Source: an uncultured delta proteobacterium (GTDB lineage Bacteria > Myxococcota_A > Polyangia > Fen-1088). Taken from it: a DNA stretch of 64,000 nucleotides. This document shows, in pieces, positions 60,946 through 64,000 of the stretch. Below the pieces are notes generated by a model, which had not been told where the DNA came from, searched no databases, and saw only the letters and a list, made by a program, of their open reading frames with translations. The position numbers and the translations under genes were made by a program. The stretch is taken from assembly GCA_963796685.1 (NCBI GenBank), contig CAWCMR010000025.1, forward strand, positions 224,001 through 288,000, written 5' to 3'. Every line of letters begins with the position of its first letter. Position 1 is the first letter of the stretch.

Positions 60946-62871
60946 TCAGCGCGCAGAGCCCCAGCGCTCGAGCCAGCGCTCGAACATGAACAGGGTCCAA
61001 AGTGCCTTGCGCCGATCGCGCCGGCCGGACATGTGATCGCCGACGAGCCCCTCGACGAAGACCGGATCGAAGAAGCCCTCGCGCCGAAGCTTTTCGGGCG
61101 CCAGCTCGTCGCGTAGCGCCGAGGACAAATCCTCGCGCATCCAGCGCGCCACCGGCACGGCGAAGCCTTGCTTCTTTCGCTCCAGAATGTCGTCGGGCAA
61201 GCGGCCGCGCATGGCCCGCTTGAGAATGTATTTCGGCGTTCGCCAGCGCAGGCGTTGGTAAGGCGGCAAACGGCATGCAAACTCGACCAGTGCCGTGTCG
61301 AGAAAGGGCGCACGCACCTCGAGCCCGACGGCGCCCGAGGCGCGATCCACCTTGGTGTTGACGTCGCCCGGAAGATAGAAATGAGCGTAGGTGTCCATCA
61401 GGCGATCCCAGTCCGTGCGCGCCGGTCCGTCGCTCGCGCGCTGGTCGACGATGTCCAAGGGGTCGCGGACGACTTGGTGTCCGAGCTCGGGCGCGAGCAG
61501 CCGGGCCAGGTGCTCGGGCAGAAAGGACGCCATCCAGCGTTGATGTCGCCGCGGACCTGGCATGGCCCCACCCTGCAGGAATTGGTTCACCTTGAAGTCG
61601 AGGCTGAAATAGTCGGCCCGCGCCGGAAGTAGGCGAGCCACGGATGCAACCACCCGACGCACAGGTTCCGGCATGCGATCGAAATAGAGGCGGCCCCAGG
61701 CCTCGGCCAAGAAGGTCTGGTAGCCGGCGAAGAGCTCGTCCCCCCCGTCGCCGCCCAGGGCGACCGTGACGTGGCGACGGGTGAACGCCGACAAGAGGTA
61801 GGTCGGCACGATCGAGGCATCGGCCAAGGGCTCGTCGAGGAAGTCCACCACCTTGGGCAGGACGTCGAGCAGCGCGCGCGCATCCAAGCGCTCTTCGCTG
61901 TGCCTCGTGCCGAGGTGACGGGCCACGCGCCGGGCGTGGCTGCTCTCGTCGAAGGAAGCGTCGGAGAAACCGACGGAAAACGTGCGCACGTTGTCCGGAC
62001 CGGCCAGCTCGGCCGCCAGCGCCGCGACACTGGACGAGTCGATCCCGCCCGACAGGAAGATCCCCACCGGCACGTCGGCCACCAGTCGGCGCCGAACCGC
62101 CGCGAGCAGCAACGTGCGCAGCTCGGCAGCCGCCTCGTCGTCGCTCGCCGCGCGCGGCTGGTCGGCGAACGGAAAATCCCAGTAGCGGTCGATGCGCGGC
62201 TCGCAGGCCGCGTCGGTACGAGCCTCCAGCCGCAAGCGCTGTCCGGCACCCAGTTTGCGAGCCCCGCGGAAGATGGTGTGGGGCTGGGGAACGTACTCGT
62301 GTACGAGGTAGCGACCGAGCGCCTCGTGGTCGATGCCGCGGTCGAACCCCGGCACGCCGAGCAGCGCCTTGAGCTCGGAGGCAAAGGCAAAGAGCGGCGG
62401 CGCGCCGGCGCGCGCGATACTGGCGAAATGAAGCGGCTTCTTGCCCATGCGATCGCGCGCGGCCAGAAGCCGGCGGTGGCGTGCATCCCACAAGGCGAAG
62501 GCGAACATGCCGTCGATGCGATTCACCACCTCGTCGCCCCACTCCTCGTAACCGTGCACGAGCACCTCGGTGTCGCCCTGCGAGTGAAAGACATGCCCGC
62601 GTGCCTCCAGCTCCGCGCGCAGGTCGGCGAAGTTGTAGATCTCGCCGTTGAACACGACCTGCACGCCGCCGTCCTCGTTGCCGAGCGGCTGTGCCGCCGC
62701 GTCGGTCAAATCGATGACCGCCAGACGCCTATGCCCCAGCGCCACGCCCGGCGCCCGCCAGTAGCCCTCGCCGTCCGGCCCGCGCGGCGCGAGCGCGCGC
62801 GTCATGCCTACGATCCAACCGGGATCGATCTCTGCCCAAGTCGGGTCGATGAGACCGGCGATGCCACACAT
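60946..62871 (-). CDS. asnB: Asparagine synthase (glutamine-hydrolysing) family amidotransferase
   Basis: MCGIAG N-terminal nucleophile, RGPD, GHRRLAVID, FNGEIYN, LSGGIDSS, GDGGDELFAGY, EVRAPFLD, KQGF. Confidence 0.93.
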   Translation of the reverse strand: MCGIAGLIDPTWAEIDPGWIVGMTRALAPRGPDGEGYWRAPGVALGHRRLAVIDLTDAAAQPLGNEDGGVQVVFNGEIYNFADLRAELEARGHVFHSQGDTEVLVHGYEEWGDEVVNRIDGMFAFALWDARHRRLLAARDRMGKKPLHFASIARAGAPPLFAFASELKALLGVPGFDRGIDHEALGRYLVHEYVPQPHTIFRGARKLGAGQRLRLEARTDAACEPRIDRYWDFPFADQPRAASDDEAAAELRTLLLAAVRRRLVADVPVGIFLSGGIDSSSVAALAAELAGPDNVRTFSVGFSDASFDESSHARRVARHLGTRHSEERLDARALLDVLPKVVDFLDEPLADASIVPTYLLSAFTRRHVTVALGGDGGDELFAGYQTFLAEAWGRLYFDRMPEPVRRVVASVARLLPARADYFSLDFKVNQFLQGGAMPGPRRHQRWMASFLPEHLARLLAPELGHQVVRDPLDIVDQRASDGPARTDWDRLMDTYAHFYLPGDVNTKVDRASGAVGLEVRAPFLDTALVEFACRLPPYQRLRWRTPKYILKRAMRGRLPDDILERKKQGFAVPVARWMREDLSSALRDELAPEKLRREGFFDPVFVEGLVGDHMSGRRDRRKALWTLFMFERWLERWGSAR

Positions 62872-62969
62872 CCGGCCAAGAGTATCGCAGACGCGCCCAT
62901 GGGGGGCATTCGTCGACACCCCTTCTTGTAGTCGCCCTCCCCTGGCAACGGTTTCGTTGCGGACTCGGC

Positions 62970-64000
62970 TCACCTCAGGCCCAGCCGGCCGCGCGGGTCG
63001 AGCAGGCGGTAGATGGAGGGAAGGGCGAAGAGGACCAGGGGGCCGGAGAGCACGAAGCCGCCGATCACGCCGATGGCCAGCGGTTGGATGAGCTGCGAGC
63101 CCTCGCCGATGGCCAGCGCCAAGGGCGCGAGGGCCAGCCCGGTCGCCAGGATGGTCATGGATACCGGCCGCGCGCGCCGACGCGCGGCGGTCTCCCAGGC
63201 GCTGCGCACGTCGGCACCGCGCCCGAGCTCCAGGCGCGCCTCGTGGATGACGAAGATGGCGTTCTCGCCCACGATGCCGACCATCATGATGGCGGCCACG
63301 AAGCTGGAGATGTTCAAGGTCAGGTGGGTCACCCAGAGCAGGCCGAAGACGCCGGCCAGGGCCGCGAGCGCGATGAGGCAGGTGACCAGGGGCGCGCGCC
63401 AGTCGCCGAACTCGAGCAACACGACCGCCGCCACCAGGACCAGCCCGGCGAGCAGGACGGAGAGCAGATCGCGGAAAGACGCCTGTTGTTGCTGGTAGAG
63501 CCCGCCGTAGCGGATCGTCATGTGTGGGCTAAGCATGATTGCGTGCCCGAGGTGCGCGCGGATCTCGGCCATGGCACTACCCAGATCGCGCCCGGTGAGG
63601 CGCGCGGTCACGCCGACGTACGAGCGCAGGTTCTCGCGATCGATCTCGGTCTCGGGCGGCCCGGTGGTGAGGGTGGCCAGTCGGCTCGCGGGCAGCAGCG
63701 CGCCCGACGGGGTGCGCACCAGGAGATCGGTGAGCCCGGCCTGGCCCTCCCGCTCGGTTCGTGCAAGCACGCGCAGGTCGTACAAGCGCTCGCCCTCGCG
63801 TACCTGCCCCACGACCGTGCCGCTGATGGCGGGCGCGAGCGCGGTATGCAGATCGGAGGTGCTCATGCCCGCCCGCGCCGCCGCCTCCCGGTCGATGCGG
63901 ATGTCGAGGGCCGGGCCGGCGATCACGATGCCGTCGAACACGTCGGTGACGCCGCGGATCTTGCCGATGAGCTTGGCGATGGCCCGCGCCTTCTCCTGGA
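62970..64000 (-). CDS. RND efflux transporter permease (AcrB/CusA family), C-terminal part only
   Basis: GRDLGS, YGGLYQQQQASF, LNISSFVAAIMMVGI, RARPVSMT, QPLAIGVIGG; runs off the window edge. Confidence 0.9.
   Translation of the reverse strand, partial: QEKARAIAKLIGKIRGVTDVFDGIVIAGPALDIRIDREAAARAGMSTSDLHTALAPAISGTVVGQVREGERLYDLRVLARTEREGQAGLTDLLVRTPSGALLPASRLATLTTGPPETEIDRENLRSYVGVTARLTGRDLGSAMAEIRAHLGHAIMLSPHMTIRYGGLYQQQQASFRDLLSVLLAGLVLVAAVVLLEFGDWRAPLVTCLIALAALAGVFGLLWVTHLTLNISSFVAAIMMVGIVGENAIFVIHEARLELGRGADVRSAWETAARRRARPVSMTILATGLALAPLALAIGEGSQLIQPLAIGVIGGFVLSGPLVLFALPSIYRLLDPRGRLGLR

Overview
High-GC chromosomal window that reads like a Myxococcota (Polyangia-like) genome. This is inferred from the Gly/Asp-rich lipoprotein linkers, Cys-rich repeats, a DUF4215-type motif, a PEGA/TPR plus Ser/Thr kinase cassette and a DUF4388-DnaJ protein. 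Core genes are gatCAB, glnE, acs, a reduced cell-division block (OmpA-like, murC, ftsQ, ftsA, ftsZ, smpB) and asnB. Accessory genes include a GH5, a LacI-sensor hybrid kinase, several glycan-modifying enzymes, a Tat-exported superoxide reductase-like protein, Hsp20, an M16 peptidase and a split AmmeMemoRadiSam set. The best novelty candidate is a lipoprotein of the RoxA/di-heme peroxidase-like family carrying four CxxCH motifs and EF-hand-like loops, next to a Hyg5/FkbO-like Rid protein, an Rrf2 regulator and a rhodanese lipoprotein. Other candidates are a kinase / TPR-PEGA / Cys-rich lipoprotein cassette that mirrors an ECF / anti-sigma / partner cassette, and a nested palindromic repeat family. 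Three +1 frameshifts in similar sequence contexts probably reflect sequencing or assembly error. No rRNA, tRNA, CRISPR array or transposase was recognised. All calls come from reading motifs by eye; no database search was run.
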